Assembly: GCA_041490445.1 (NCBI GenBank)
Contig: JBGPTF010000001.1
Location: 58,442-122,441, forward strand
From: Terriglobia bacterium
GTDB taxonomy: Bacteria > Acidobacteriota > Terriglobia > Acidiferrales > UBA7541
DNA: 64,000 nucleotides
Direction of reading: 5' to 3'
In this document: positions 17,851 to 27,211 of the stretch, one piece after another
How the letters are laid out: each line of letters opens with the position of its first letter
Position numbering within the stretch: the stretch's first letter is position 1
Notes under the pieces: generated by a model
Databases searched by the model: none
Told to the model about the DNA's origin: nothing
What the model saw: only the letters and a program-made list of their open reading frames with translations
Made by a program: the position numbers and the translations under genes

Positions 17851-18798
17851 ATGAGCTACGCGCCGCAATTGAGGCAGCTCTGCAGGTTCATCGTTATCTT
17901 CGCGCTTCTCCCACTGGGTGCTGGCCGGTTAATGGCGGCCGATCAGGAAAAACCGTCCAAGCCTGCCGTCGCAGCGGATCAGGACCAGTCCAAGTATGTG
18001 GGGGCGGAAACCTGCAAGACCTGCCACGAGGACATCTACAATTCATTTGAGAAGACACCGCACTGGAAAACGACCTACGACTCGCGGCGCGGCGCGGCAT
18101 TCCAAGGCTGCGAAGCGTGCCACGGGCCGGGCGCCGACCACGTCAACGGCGGCGGCGACAAGACCAAGATCTTCACGTTCAAGAATGTTGATCCGGAAAA
18201 AATCAGCGAACGCTGCCTGACGTGCCACGTGTACGGCGAGGAGCACAGCAATTTCGACCGCTCCGCGCACAACACGAACAATGTCACCTGCATTGACTGC
18301 CATTCTCCGCATCACGCCAAGGAATCGCAGTATCTGCTGAAGGTGAAGCAGCCGGATCTTTGTTACGGATGCCATCTCGATGTGCGGTCGGCATTCAACA
18401 AGCCCTTCCACCATCGTGTGAACGAGGGCCTGGTGAGGTGCACCGACTGCCACAACCAGCACGGCGGATTCCTGACCAAACAGTTGCGCTCGACCGCCGC
18501 GCAGGACGCGGTTTGCTTCAAGTGCCACGTGGACAAGGCCGGTCCATTTGTATTCGAACATGCCGCAGTAGTGGCAGAAGGCTGCGTGGCCTGCCACACG
18601 CCGCACGGCTCTTCGAACCCGCGGCTGCTCAAGCGGAGCCAGGTCAACCTGCTTTGCCTGGAATGCCACACATTGACGCTGGATTCCGGAGTTCCCGGCG
18701 TGCCTTCGTTCCACAACCAGGCGCAGAAGTATCAGGCGTGCACCATGTGCCACACGCAGATTCACGGATCCAACTTCGACCGGTTCTTCTTCAAATGA
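17851..18798 (+). CDS. DmsE/MtrA/PioA-family periplasmic decahaem c-type cytochrome
   Basis: 10 CXXCH motifs counted. The family-typical C-terminus CTMCHTQIHGSNFDRFFFK is present, as is a signal peptide. Confidence 0.85.
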   Translation: MSYAPQLRQLCRFIVIFALLPLGAGRLMAADQEKPSKPAVAADQDQSKYVGAETCKTCHEDIYNSFEKTPHWKTTYDSRRGAAFQGCEACHGPGADHVNGGGDKTKIFTFKNVDPEKISERCLTCHVYGEEHSNFDRSAHNTNNVTCIDCHSPHHAKESQYLLKVKQPDLCYGCHLDVRSAFNKPFHHRVNEGLVRCTDCHNQHGGFLTKQLRSTAAQDAVCFKCHVDKAGPFVFEHAAVVAEGCVACHTPHGSSNPRLLKRSQVNLLCLECHTLTLDSGVPGVPSFHNQAQKYQACTMCHTQIHGSNFDRFFFK

Positions 18799-18898
18799 GG
18801 CGAGAGCCATGACACGTTATCGCCAGTATCCAATAGATTCTCCGGCAGGGAGCGAGCCGACCGCGCCCGGTCGTTTCCGCCGGATCGAGGAGCGGCCC

Positions 18899-21361
18899 AT
18901 GAAATTGCATCGCTGGTCCTGGATGACTGCAATCTTGGCCCTGGTTTTCGGACTTCTGTTGCCCGGCGGTTTGATGGCGCAGGATACGAAGGATTCACAA
19001 AAGCCCGCCGAACCGACGGACGGAATCAATTCAGGCGACTACAATTTCCGGCAGTCGGTTGAGTTCGGCTATCGGATGACCGACTTCACCGGCAATCGCT
19101 CGGTATACGACACGTTTGTGAATCTAAACGACGGCCCGCGCCTGCTCGATTACACGCTCGAGATGCGCTCGCTGAATCACAGTGGGTCGTTGTTCGATAA
19201 TTTCTATTTGTCGAATTTTGGTTATGGCGGCGACCCGAACAACGTGACCCGGCTGCGCGCGTACAAGAACAAGTGGTATTCGCTGACGGGACAGTTCCGT
19301 CGCGATCTGAATTTCTGGGACTATAACCTGCTGGCCAATCCTCTGAACCCAACGAACACATTCATCCAGGCGTTCAATTCGCCCCACGCGTTTCACACGG
19401 TGCGACGCATGAGCGATCTCAACCTCATCCTCATGCCACAATCGCGGGTGCGGCTGCGCCTCGGCTACGTTCGCAGCGTCGCCGAAGGCCCGTCGTTTTC
19501 TTCGCTCCATGACGGCACGGACTTTCTGCTCGCCCAGAACTGGAAGACCACGACGAATGCTTACTCGTTCGGTGTGGATTACAAGGGGCTGGAGCGGACC
19601 AACATCAGCTACGATCAGACCTTCAATTACTACAAAGGGGACACCACGTGGACCGACCCGGTCCTCACCGGAATGCCCAACTTCCTGACGCGCTTCCAGC
19701 TTTCGGACGGCAGCGCGGTGGATGCAGGGCTCCCCTATAATGTGGCAGGCTCGCAACCCTGCGGCAACACGCCCCCCATTTTTTCACCTGGGACGCCGCC
19801 CGTGTTGAAATCCGCCTGTAACGCAGTGACGAACGGGACGGCGCGGTTTGCCAGCGGTGGGTCCAGCTTCACCATTCCCGGCTACGACCGTGCGGGCCGT
19901 GTCCGTTCAAGCTTCCCGACCGAGCAGATCAGCTTCCAGTCAAATTACTTCAGGAATCTCGATTTGTCGGGCCGCGCGATCTACAGCGATTCCGACAGCC
20001 AGAGCCTGGATTTCCAGGAACTTTTCTTCGGGCTGATTACGAGGACCAACGAGCGCGCGTTCCTATCCTCGGGCCCGGCCACATCGCACGTCGTGAACGC
20101 AACCGTGGATTTCGCCGCGACGTACCGGTTCACCGAGAAGCTCCGCCTTGTGGATTCCTTCCGCTTCCGCAACTACAGGATTCCCGGAGCATGGCTCTTC
20201 AACAACGCCAGCGTATTCACGACAGCCTCCCCTGTCACTCTGTTGAGTCCGGTGGTGTCTTCTCCTCAGGCCTGTTTGACGACCGCGTGCAACCACTCGA
20301 GTTCCTCCCCGGCGGATCTCTCTTCCGGCCTGTGGAGCGAATTGTTCAAGCAAGATATCAAGATGAATACGGCGGAACTGGAATATGACCTCACACGCCG
20401 ATACGGCGTACGCATCGGCTATCGCTTCCGCCATCGCACGATCATTCACAGCCTCGCCAAATCCACGACCGAGACTTTCTATCCGGGCACCGCCAACCGC
20501 GGTGACTGCGCCCTGGTCAGCGGGAGTCTGCCGGACGGCTGCACCGCGCTAGGTGGCGGCGCATTCCAATTCGTCACACCAACTCCGCTGGTGCCCGATT
20601 CCGACACCACCGAGATCAACGAGCATTCCGGCTTGTTCGGGTTCTGGGCGCGCCCGACGGACAGATTTCGCGGCAGCTTCGATCTCGAACGCATGTCTGC
20701 CGATAACACGTTTACGCGCATCAGCCCGAGCGATCTCGAGCTCTACAAGGTACGCGTAAGATACCAGCCGCTGGAATGGCTGCACGTGGGAACGGCAATC
20801 AATCTGGTTGAGAATCGCAACGATGCATTCCAGGTGGATAATCACCAGCACGATCGGACCTACGCCTTCAACGTCGAAATGCAGAAAGGCGAACGTTTTG
20901 GATTGGACTTGGAATACGAATTCAGCAACGTCTTCTCCAGCTCGAACATCTGCTACGCATTCTCACCGCTTCCGGTGGGGACGACAGTGCCGCCCTGTCC
21001 AGTGAGCGCGAGCGGATTCGCCCCTCTTGCAGGCACGTCGCTGTATGACACCCGGACCCACTTCGGCTACTTCGACGCCATGTGGAAGCCGTTCAAGCGC
21101 ATCACGACTCATCTGGGGTACACTGTCACCACGACCAACGGCCAGACGACGTTCTTGAATCCAAACGCGCCGCCGGGTCCGCTCGCGTTCAATTATCACC
21201 GGCCGTATGCCGACCTCGACATCGAACTGGCAAAGGGACTGAGCTACAAGACTCACTGGGGCTACTACGGCTACAACGAGAGGGAGCCGTCTGACCCCAT
21301 CACGGGTTCGCGGAAATTCCGCGGCAACCTGGCAACGTTTTCCGTGCGTTACGCGTTCTAG
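18899..21361 (+). CDS. MtrB/PioB-type decahaem-associated outer-membrane beta-barrel
   Basis: 820 aa with signal peptide MKLHRWSWMTAILALVFGLLLPGGLMAQ. Alternating amphipathic strands rich in Y/F/N/T/R, and a terminal ..FSVRYAF (OMP C-terminal Phe). Lies immediately downstream of the decahaem gene. Confidence 0.7.
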   Translation: MKLHRWSWMTAILALVFGLLLPGGLMAQDTKDSQKPAEPTDGINSGDYNFRQSVEFGYRMTDFTGNRSVYDTFVNLNDGPRLLDYTLEMRSLNHSGSLFDNFYLSNFGYGGDPNNVTRLRAYKNKWYSLTGQFRRDLNFWDYNLLANPLNPTNTFIQAFNSPHAFHTVRRMSDLNLILMPQSRVRLRLGYVRSVAEGPSFSSLHDGTDFLLAQNWKTTTNAYSFGVDYKGLERTNISYDQTFNYYKGDTTWTDPVLTGMPNFLTRFQLSDGSAVDAGLPYNVAGSQPCGNTPPIFSPGTPPVLKSACNAVTNGTARFASGGSSFTIPGYDRAGRVRSSFPTEQISFQSNYFRNLDLSGRAIYSDSDSQSLDFQELFFGLITRTNERAFLSSGPATSHVVNATVDFAATYRFTEKLRLVDSFRFRNYRIPGAWLFNNASVFTTASPVTLLSPVVSSPQACLTTACNHSSSSPADLSSGLWSELFKQDIKMNTAELEYDLTRRYGVRIGYRFRHRTIIHSLAKSTTETFYPGTANRGDCALVSGSLPDGCTALGGGAFQFVTPTPLVPDSDTTEINEHSGLFGFWARPTDRFRGSFDLERMSADNTFTRISPSDLELYKVRVRYQPLEWLHVGTAINLVENRNDAFQVDNHQHDRTYAFNVEMQKGERFGLDLEYEFSNVFSSSNICYAFSPLPVGTTVPPCPVSASGFAPLAGTSLYDTRTHFGYFDAMWKPFKRITTHLGYTVTTTNGQTTFLNPNAPPGPLAFNYHRPYADLDIELAKGLSYKTHWGYYGYNEREPSDPITGSRKFRGNLATFSVRYAF

Positions 21362-21375
21362 TGCATGCCTCCACC

Positions 21376-21420
21376 GTGGTGGCGGAGAGCGATGAACCAG
21401 CCGCCACCACACCCTTTTCT
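21376..21420 (+). terminator. Intrinsic terminator after the porin gene
   Basis: Perfect 10-bp stem GTGGTGGCGG/CCGCCACCAC with a 15-nt loop, followed by ACCCTTTTCT. Confidence 0.6.
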
Positions 21421-21718
21421 GTGAGTCATCTCCCGCAGGGCTGGGGAATCCCCCGCGACTGCCAATTCTTGCGGGCTCGCAGCATCTCCAAGACTCGACT
21501 AACTCCCGCTCTTTCTGCTCGGTTTCCGGCTACAGAATTTGGGGGAGTGGAACATGGGGTGCTACCAAGAATCGTGAAGTTGTTTGTCCAGAGCTGACCG
21601 AAGTGAGGTAGTAACAATGAACAAAACGAAAGATCTGGAACTAGAACCGAGAGCGGGAATCCAGATGGCCGAAGATGCCTCTCATCTCCTCGGGCCGCGG
21701 GGAGATCTGAAGCCCGGA

Positions 21719-22771
21719 ATGATGATGGCTTTCGTGATGAAGCGAATCGGAGAAGTCGGCCTGATGGTGAAGCCGATTCCGGAACCGGGGCCTAACGACG
21801 CGGTCATCAAGACTACTGCCGCTTTGATTTGCACCTCGGACGCGCATACTGTCGGTGGCGCAATCGGCGAACGGCAGAACATCACGCTGGGCCACGAAGC
21901 CGTCGGTGTCATCTACAAACTGGGCAGCGACGTGCGTGGATTTCACGTTGGCCAGCGCGTGGCCGTCAATGCCATCACACCCTGCTTCCACTGCGAGAAC
22001 TGCCTGCGGGGTTTTCCGTCGCAGTGCACCCAAATGCTGGGCGGCTGGAAATTCGCGAATACCAAAGATGGAAATCTGGCCGAGTATTTTCACGTCAACG
22101 ATGCGATGGCAAATCTCGCGCCGATTCCGGATGTTCTGCGCGACGATCAAGCCGTCTATTGCTGCGACATGATGTCCACCGGCTTCATGGCTGCGGAGCA
22201 CGCCAACATTCCGATTGGGGGCAGCGTGGCCATTTTCGCACAAGGGCCCGTCGGTCTGATGGCGACGGCGGGAGCGCGATTGCTGGGAGCAGGGCTGATC
22301 ATTGCGGTTGAATCCGTGCCGAAGCGCAAGGAGCTCGCTCGCCGGTTCGGCGCCGACGTGGTGATCGACTTTAATGAGCAAGATCCAATCCAAGCGATTC
22401 TGGATTGGACCGGGGGCCAGGGTGTGGACGCGGCGATCGAGGCCCTCGGCGCTCCGTCGAGCTTCGAAGCTTGTATCAAAGTCACACGCCCGGGCGGGAC
22501 CATCTCGAACGTCGGTTATCACGGCCAGGGCGATTACGTTCCCTTGCCGCGCCTGGAGTGGGGAGTCGGCATGGGCGACAAGGTCATCCGAACCGGCCTG
22601 TGTCCCGGTGGCGCGGAGCGGATGAAACGGTTGATGCGGCTGCTCGTCTCCGGACGAGTGGATCCGACGCCGCTGACAACGCACCGCTTCCCGTTTGATC
22701 AGGTGGAAAAAGCCTTCCGCATGATGCAGACTAAGGAGGACGGAATCCTAAAATCGCTGATCTTGTTCTAG
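21719..22771 (+). CDS. Zn-dependent NADP(H) secondary-alcohol dehydrogenase (TbADH/CbADH-like MDR)
   Basis: From MMMAFVMKRIG, collinear with my recollection of Thermoanaerobacter brockii ADH: CTSDAHTV, ILGHEAVG, GWKFANTKDG..EYFHVNDA..NLA, GPVGLM, LPRLEWG.GM and GLCPGG. Confidence 0.85.
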   Translation: MMMAFVMKRIGEVGLMVKPIPEPGPNDAVIKTTAALICTSDAHTVGGAIGERQNITLGHEAVGVIYKLGSDVRGFHVGQRVAVNAITPCFHCENCLRGFPSQCTQMLGGWKFANTKDGNLAEYFHVNDAMANLAPIPDVLRDDQAVYCCDMMSTGFMAAEHANIPIGGSVAIFAQGPVGLMATAGARLLGAGLIIAVESVPKRKELARRFGADVVIDFNEQDPIQAILDWTGGQGVDAAIEALGAPSSFEACIKVTRPGGTISNVGYHGQGDYVPLPRLEWGVGMGDKVIRTGLCPGGAERMKRLMRLLVSGRVDPTPLTTHRFPFDQVEKAFRMMQTKEDGILKSLILF

Positions 22772-22835
22772 GCATTCAGCGGCGCGGGAAAGTTCAGCCT
22801 GCTCGCAGCGCCTGCAAAAACAAGCGCGGTGAGAT

Positions 22836-23240
22836 TCAAGCCGGCTTCAATAGCCGTTGAACTTTTTCCACTAACAAGTCGGCATCATAAACTGGCTTCT
22901 CGAGATACTCATCGGCTCCCGATGCTGCGAGAAGGCGCTCGCGGTCCCCGGCCATCGCATGGGCCGTTGCCATCAGGATGGGGAGGCGACGCGGAGCGTG
23001 TTTCTTCAGGAGTTGAGCGAGCTCGACGCCGTCAATCGGCTGGCCCTCCCATTCGGTGTCGTGCAACGAAACATCCAGAACCGCGCACACGATGCGGCCC
23101 GCCTCGACTTCCGGCAGCATCTTCCGAACATCTTCGGTCACCAGGCAGGAGAAGCCTCCCGCACGTTCGAGCGCCATACGGAAGAATTTGGCGACTAGTT
23201 TGTTATCTTCGACGATCAGGATGCGTTCCGAGTTGGTCAT
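22836..23240 (-). CDS. Single-domain response regulator
   Basis: MTNSERILIVEDNKL.., acceptor CAVLDVSL, LEKP. The start overlaps the kinase stop (ATGA). Confidence 0.8.
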   Translation of the reverse strand: MTNSERILIVEDNKLVAKFFRMALERAGGFSCLVTEDVRKMLPEVEAGRIVCAVLDVSLHDTEWEGQPIDGVELAQLLKKHAPRRLPILMATAHAMAGDRERLLAASGADEYLEKPVYDADLLVEKVQRLLKPA

Positions 23241-24502
23241 TCCTCGATACCGGCCTTCGCCTCCTGTCTGGATTGACCTCCCGCTGAATTCGAGAGGCCG
23301 GCTGACAGAGGAAGAGTAAACCAAGCCCGCGTGCCTTCGCCCCCGGCACCGCTCTCAAGGCCGATTTCTCCGCCCATCATTTCCACAAGCCTTCGGGCGA
23401 TCGCCAGACCCAGACCGGTTCCTTCCGAGCTGCGAGATTTTCCACCGCTACCCTGTACAAACTTCTGGAAAACCAGTTCCCTCTCGGCGAGCTGGATGCC
23501 GATCCCGGTATCTTCCACCTCGATCCTCAAGAAGCCTTGCGGTTTACTGGCGTGAGCTCGCACGATGATAGAACCCCGGGTAGTAAACTTCACTGCATTC
23601 GAGAGTAGATTCAGCAGCACCTGGCGGAAGCGAACCTCGTCAGCGCGGACGTGAGGCAGATTCATCTCCAAAGTTTCGTCGCGCAGTTGCACGCCCTTCT
23701 CCGCGGCTTGTACGGCAACGAGCGGCAAAGTTGAATCCAGCACATGGCGCGGATTGATGTCTTCGAGATGGAGGGTAATCTTTCCCGCTTCCAGTCGCGC
23801 AATATCGAGCAGATCGTTCACGAGGCTGAGGAGGTGTTGTCCACTGGAATAGACGTCTCGAAGAAGTTCTCTATCCTCCTCCGCATTCCGGGAGTGGCCG
23901 TCCAGAATCAGCTTTGTGAATCCGAGAATGGAGTTGAGCGGTGTCCGCAGTTCGTGGGAGACCTGCGCAAGAAATTCATCCTTCACTCGGCCCGCTTCCA
24001 GCAGACCAATGGTCGCTTGCTCGAGTTGCTGGTTGACCACGCGCAGGTTGTCCATCGTCGCGTGGAAGTACGATTCACAAATCAAGTTCAAATCAAGATC
24101 GAGGATTCTGCCGAGAGAGCGAGCGTACCTCAAGCGTTCGTGACTTGACGGGAATTCAGTGAGGAGAGAATCGATCAAGAACGCGCGCACGATTCCCATC
24201 GCGCTGATCACATATTTCTGTTCGAGCCCGAGGCGGACATGCCGGAAGCCGATCTGGAAACGCTCCTCGGCGTAGGCCCCGTCGTAAACGCCGGCGAACA
24301 ATCCCCTGCCCCAGGCCTGCAATGTGCGCTTCAAACGGGCAATCTGCGCTTCTCCGCCGGTGAATACCCGGAAAGCATTCGGATGATGAGGGATTTGCGC
24401 GTAGAATCGCTCCGACATCTCCGGGAGGTAGCGCTCCATATGCGGGCCGAGGTTCCGCAGGAGTTCACAATCCTCCGCGCCCAGCCCGAGGTATCGCTTC
24501 AT
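23237..24502 (-). CDS. Globin-coupled (protoglobin-domain) sensor histidine kinase
   Basis: The N-terminal ~150 aa resemble a globin-coupled sensor domain (LLRNLGPHMERYLPEMSERFYAQIPHHPNAFRVF..ERFQIGFRHVRLGL). Followed by HisKA (FLAQVSHELRTPLNSILG) and HATPase (N, G1 DTGIGI, G2 GTGLGLAI) boxes. Confidence 0.7.
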   Translation of the reverse strand: MKRYLGLGAEDCELLRNLGPHMERYLPEMSERFYAQIPHHPNAFRVFTGGEAQIARLKRTLQAWGRGLFAGVYDGAYAEERFQIGFRHVRLGLEQKYVISAMGIVRAFLIDSLLTEFPSSHERLRYARSLGRILDLDLNLICESYFHATMDNLRVVNQQLEQATIGLLEAGRVKDEFLAQVSHELRTPLNSILGFTKLILDGHSRNAEEDRELLRDVYSSGQHLLSLVNDLLDIARLEAGKITLHLEDINPRHVLDSTLPLVAVQAAEKGVQLRDETLEMNLPHVRADEVRFRQVLLNLLSNAVKFTTRGSIIVRAHASKPQGFLRIEVEDTGIGIQLAERELVFQKFVQGSGGKSRSSEGTGLGLAIARRLVEMMGGEIGLESGAGGEGTRAWFTLPLSAGLSNSAGGQSRQEAKAGIEE

Positions 24503-24570
24503 CTCCTGGATGAAATTTTCCAAGCCGGAGGCTCCTTGTCCCGCCGCGAGGTGAATTCTAGAATGATAGC

Positions 24571-25683
24571 ATGGAAGAAATTGCCTTGACCTCGGCACGC
24601 TTGCATCGTTTCAGCCCGACCTGGCGCCTGAAGGCGCTGCTTCCGATCGCCGGTACCTTATTCGCAGGACTCCTTCTGTTCGCCATCGTCACGCTGCAAA
24701 ACCCACAGCGCCACTGGATTCTTTTCGTTGCTGCTGCCGGCGCCATCGCCATCTGTGCTGTGCTACTGGTAGTCCTCGCGGTGCTGATTCAAAAACCGCT
24801 CCTCGAGTTGAACGAGAAGATCGACCGGCTTCGGGCCGGCGATCTGCATGTGGCTGTCGGATTCGCGCGGCGTGAGGATGAGATCGGCGAATTGGGCCGG
24901 CACTTCAACGAGATGGTCGAACAGTTGCGCACAACACGGGAAGAGGTGGAACGTCTGCATCGCACGCAGATGACTCGCGCCGAGCATTTGGCGACGCTGG
25001 GAGAGCTGGCGGCGGGTTTGGCGCATGAGATTCGCAATCCGCTGGCGGGCATCGCCGGAGTCGTCGAAATGATCGGGCGAGATTTGCCGGCCAATAGTCC
25101 GAGCCGTGAAATCGTTAAGGAAGCCCAGTCGGAAGTGCGGCACATTCAAAACCTGCTTTCCGACCTGCTGCAATACGCGCGGCCTCGCCCGCCACAGATT
25201 CTTGCGGCTGACTTGAACGAGACCGCTGAACATGCGGTCACGCTGGCGCGCCGGCAACTCTCGAATCGTCCCATCGAGTTGGCATTCGCGCCAGATCCTC
25301 AATTACCGACGGTCGAGCATGACCCTGCCCAGATGCAGCAGGTGTTGGTCAATCTCCTGTTGAACGCGATTCAAGCCATCGAGGGGGCAGGCCGCGTTCA
25401 GGTAGTCATCTCGCACCAAGAGAACTACGCGGTGGTTCGCGTTGCCGACACCGGCCATGGGATTTCTCCCAAAAACCTCCCAAAGATCTTCCGGCCATTC
25501 TTCACCACGAAGGGACAGGGGACGGGATTGGGGCTGTCGCTGGCGCGCAACATTGTGGAAGAACATGGCGGGCGGATCGAAGTCACGAGTACCGCGGATC
25601 TTGGAACGGAATTTACGCTCCGCTTTCCTCTCCGGAACCATGCGAGAACAGGGATGAAGCGCGCATCCGAAGTGGTAGAGTAA
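24571..25683 (+). CDS. Intramembrane-type HAMP sensor histidine kinase (NtrB/AtoS-like)
   Basis: Two TM helices with a very short loop, HAMP domain, H-box LAAGLAHEIRNPL, N-box LLLNAIQA, DTGHGI and GTGLGLS. Confidence 0.85.
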   Translation: MEEIALTSARLHRFSPTWRLKALLPIAGTLFAGLLLFAIVTLQNPQRHWILFVAAAGAIAICAVLLVVLAVLIQKPLLELNEKIDRLRAGDLHVAVGFARREDEIGELGRHFNEMVEQLRTTREEVERLHRTQMTRAEHLATLGELAAGLAHEIRNPLAGIAGVVEMIGRDLPANSPSREIVKEAQSEVRHIQNLLSDLLQYARPRPPQILAADLNETAEHAVTLARRQLSNRPIELAFAPDPQLPTVEHDPAQMQQVLVNLLLNAIQAIEGAGRVQVVISHQENYAVVRVADTGHGISPKNLPKIFRPFFTTKGQGTGLGLSLARNIVEEHGGRIEVTSTADLGTEFTLRFPLRNHARTGMKRASEVVE

Positions 25684-25687
25684 GCTC

Positions 25688-27148
25688 ATGGCCAGTGAAA
25701 AGATCCTGATCGTCGACGACGAAAAGCTCGTCCGCTGGTCGCTCCGCCAGAAGTGCGAGGAGTGGAGTTATAAGGCTCTCGAAGCCGCGACTGGCGCAGA
25801 AGCGCTGCGCCTGGCGGAATCCGAGGCCCCCGATGCGGTCCTGCTCGACGTCCATTTGCCGGACCTCAGCGGGCTCGAAGTGCTCGACCGGTTGAAACAG
25901 TCCGGCGATCTGCGTGTCGCGATCATGATGACCGCTGATCCGCAACTCGACGATGTCAAGGCGGCGCTCAAACTGGGCGCTTACGATTTTGTGGGCAAAC
26001 CGCTGGATTTCGATGAGCTCGGCGTAACGATTCAAAATGCGCTGGAAGCCACGCGCCTGCGGAACGAAGTGGAATCGCTTCGCGGCGAAGTGCGCCGCCG
26101 CACCGGTTATCACGACGTCGTCGGCGTCTCCCGCAAGATGACCGAGCTGATGGCATTTGTTCGCAAAGTCGCGGCCAGCGAAGCAACCACGATTCTGATG
26201 CAGGGAGAGAGCGGCACCGGCAAGGATCTCATCGCCAAAGCGATCCATTATCAGAGCACGCGGCAGAACAGGCCATTCGTAGCGATCAATTGTTCAGCGA
26301 TTCCTGAAACGCTGATGGAAGCGGAGCTCTTCGGCCATGAGAAAGGCGCTTTTACAGACGCGAAAGCGATGAAAAAGGGCCTGTTTGAAATCGCCGAGGG
26401 CGGCACGCTCTTCCTCGACGAAATCGGAGAAATCTCGCCGTTTCTCCAGGCGAAACTGCTGCGCGTCCTCGAGGATCAGGTGATTCGCCGTGTCGGTGGC
26501 GTGCACGACATTCAAGCCAATGTGCGCGTGGTGGCCTCCTCGAACCGCGATCTCGAGCGCGCGGTGCGCGAAGGTCATTTTCGCCAGGATCTTTATTATC
26601 GCCTGGCGATCATTTCCATTTTCATCCCGCCGCTGCGCGAGCGGAAGGATGACATCCTTCCGCTCGTGGATTTCTTCATCGAGCACTACAACCGGAAGTT
26701 CCGCAAATCCATCGGCGGAATCAGTGAAGAAACGCGGCGACTCATGCTCAGTTACGATTGGCCCGGGAATGTCCGGGAGCTGAAGAACGCCATCGAGCGC
26801 GCGATGATCCTCGGAGAGGAAGAGGTCTTGCGCCCCGAGTACCTTCCGTTCTCCGTTGCCGAGCCAAATGTAGGGATGACGGCCTTTGAACACACGTCTT
26901 CGCCTCCGACATCCGGCCCCACGCTGCCAAGCGGCCGCCGGCTTCCGGCGCTGTCCATTCCGGAAGGCGGCACGTCTCTCGAGGAGGTCGAACGCGCGCT
27001 CGTCGAGCTTGCACTGCGACAAGCGAATCACAATCAGACGCAGGCGGCGCGCTTGCTCGACATCAGCCGAGATGCGCTGCGTTATAAGATGAAGAAGTTT
27101 GGATTGATGCACGCGGAAGAAGAGCCGTCCGCTTCCTCGGACTCATGA
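25688..27148 (+). CDS. Sigma-54-dependent response regulator (NtrC family)
   Basis: Receiver (ILIVDDE, LLDVHLPD), AAA+ domain (GESGTGKD, GAFTDA GAFTGA-type loop, ESELFGH-like EAELFGHEKG) and a C-terminal Fis-type HTH (NQTQAARLLDISRDALRYKMKKF). Confidence 0.9.
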   Translation: MASEKILIVDDEKLVRWSLRQKCEEWSYKALEAATGAEALRLAESEAPDAVLLDVHLPDLSGLEVLDRLKQSGDLRVAIMMTADPQLDDVKAALKLGAYDFVGKPLDFDELGVTIQNALEATRLRNEVESLRGEVRRRTGYHDVVGVSRKMTELMAFVRKVAASEATTILMQGESGTGKDLIAKAIHYQSTRQNRPFVAINCSAIPETLMEAELFGHEKGAFTDAKAMKKGLFEIAEGGTLFLDEIGEISPFLQAKLLRVLEDQVIRRVGGVHDIQANVRVVASSNRDLERAVREGHFRQDLYYRLAIISIFIPPLRERKDDILPLVDFFIEHYNRKFRKSIGGISEETRRLMLSYDWPGNVRELKNAIERAMILGEEEVLRPEYLPFSVAEPNVGMTAFEHTSSPPTSGPTLPSGRRLPALSIPEGGTSLEEVERALVELALRQANHNQTQAARLLDISRDALRYKMKKFGLMHAEEEPSASSDS

Positions 27149-27211
27149 AGATTGGCGCAAGTCCTGCTTCGTGCGTGTTCGTTGTCTTTCTGGAGCAGAG
27201 TCTTGGCAGAT

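Noticed and set aside
21362-21718. Search for an MtrC/OmcA-type extracellular decahaem gene after the porin gene, and the long upstream extension of the adh ORF (21584..)
   Set aside because: There are no CXXCH-encoding frames in this gap. The adh alignment to TbADH-type enzymes starts at MMMAFVMKRIG (21719), so the extension is not coding.
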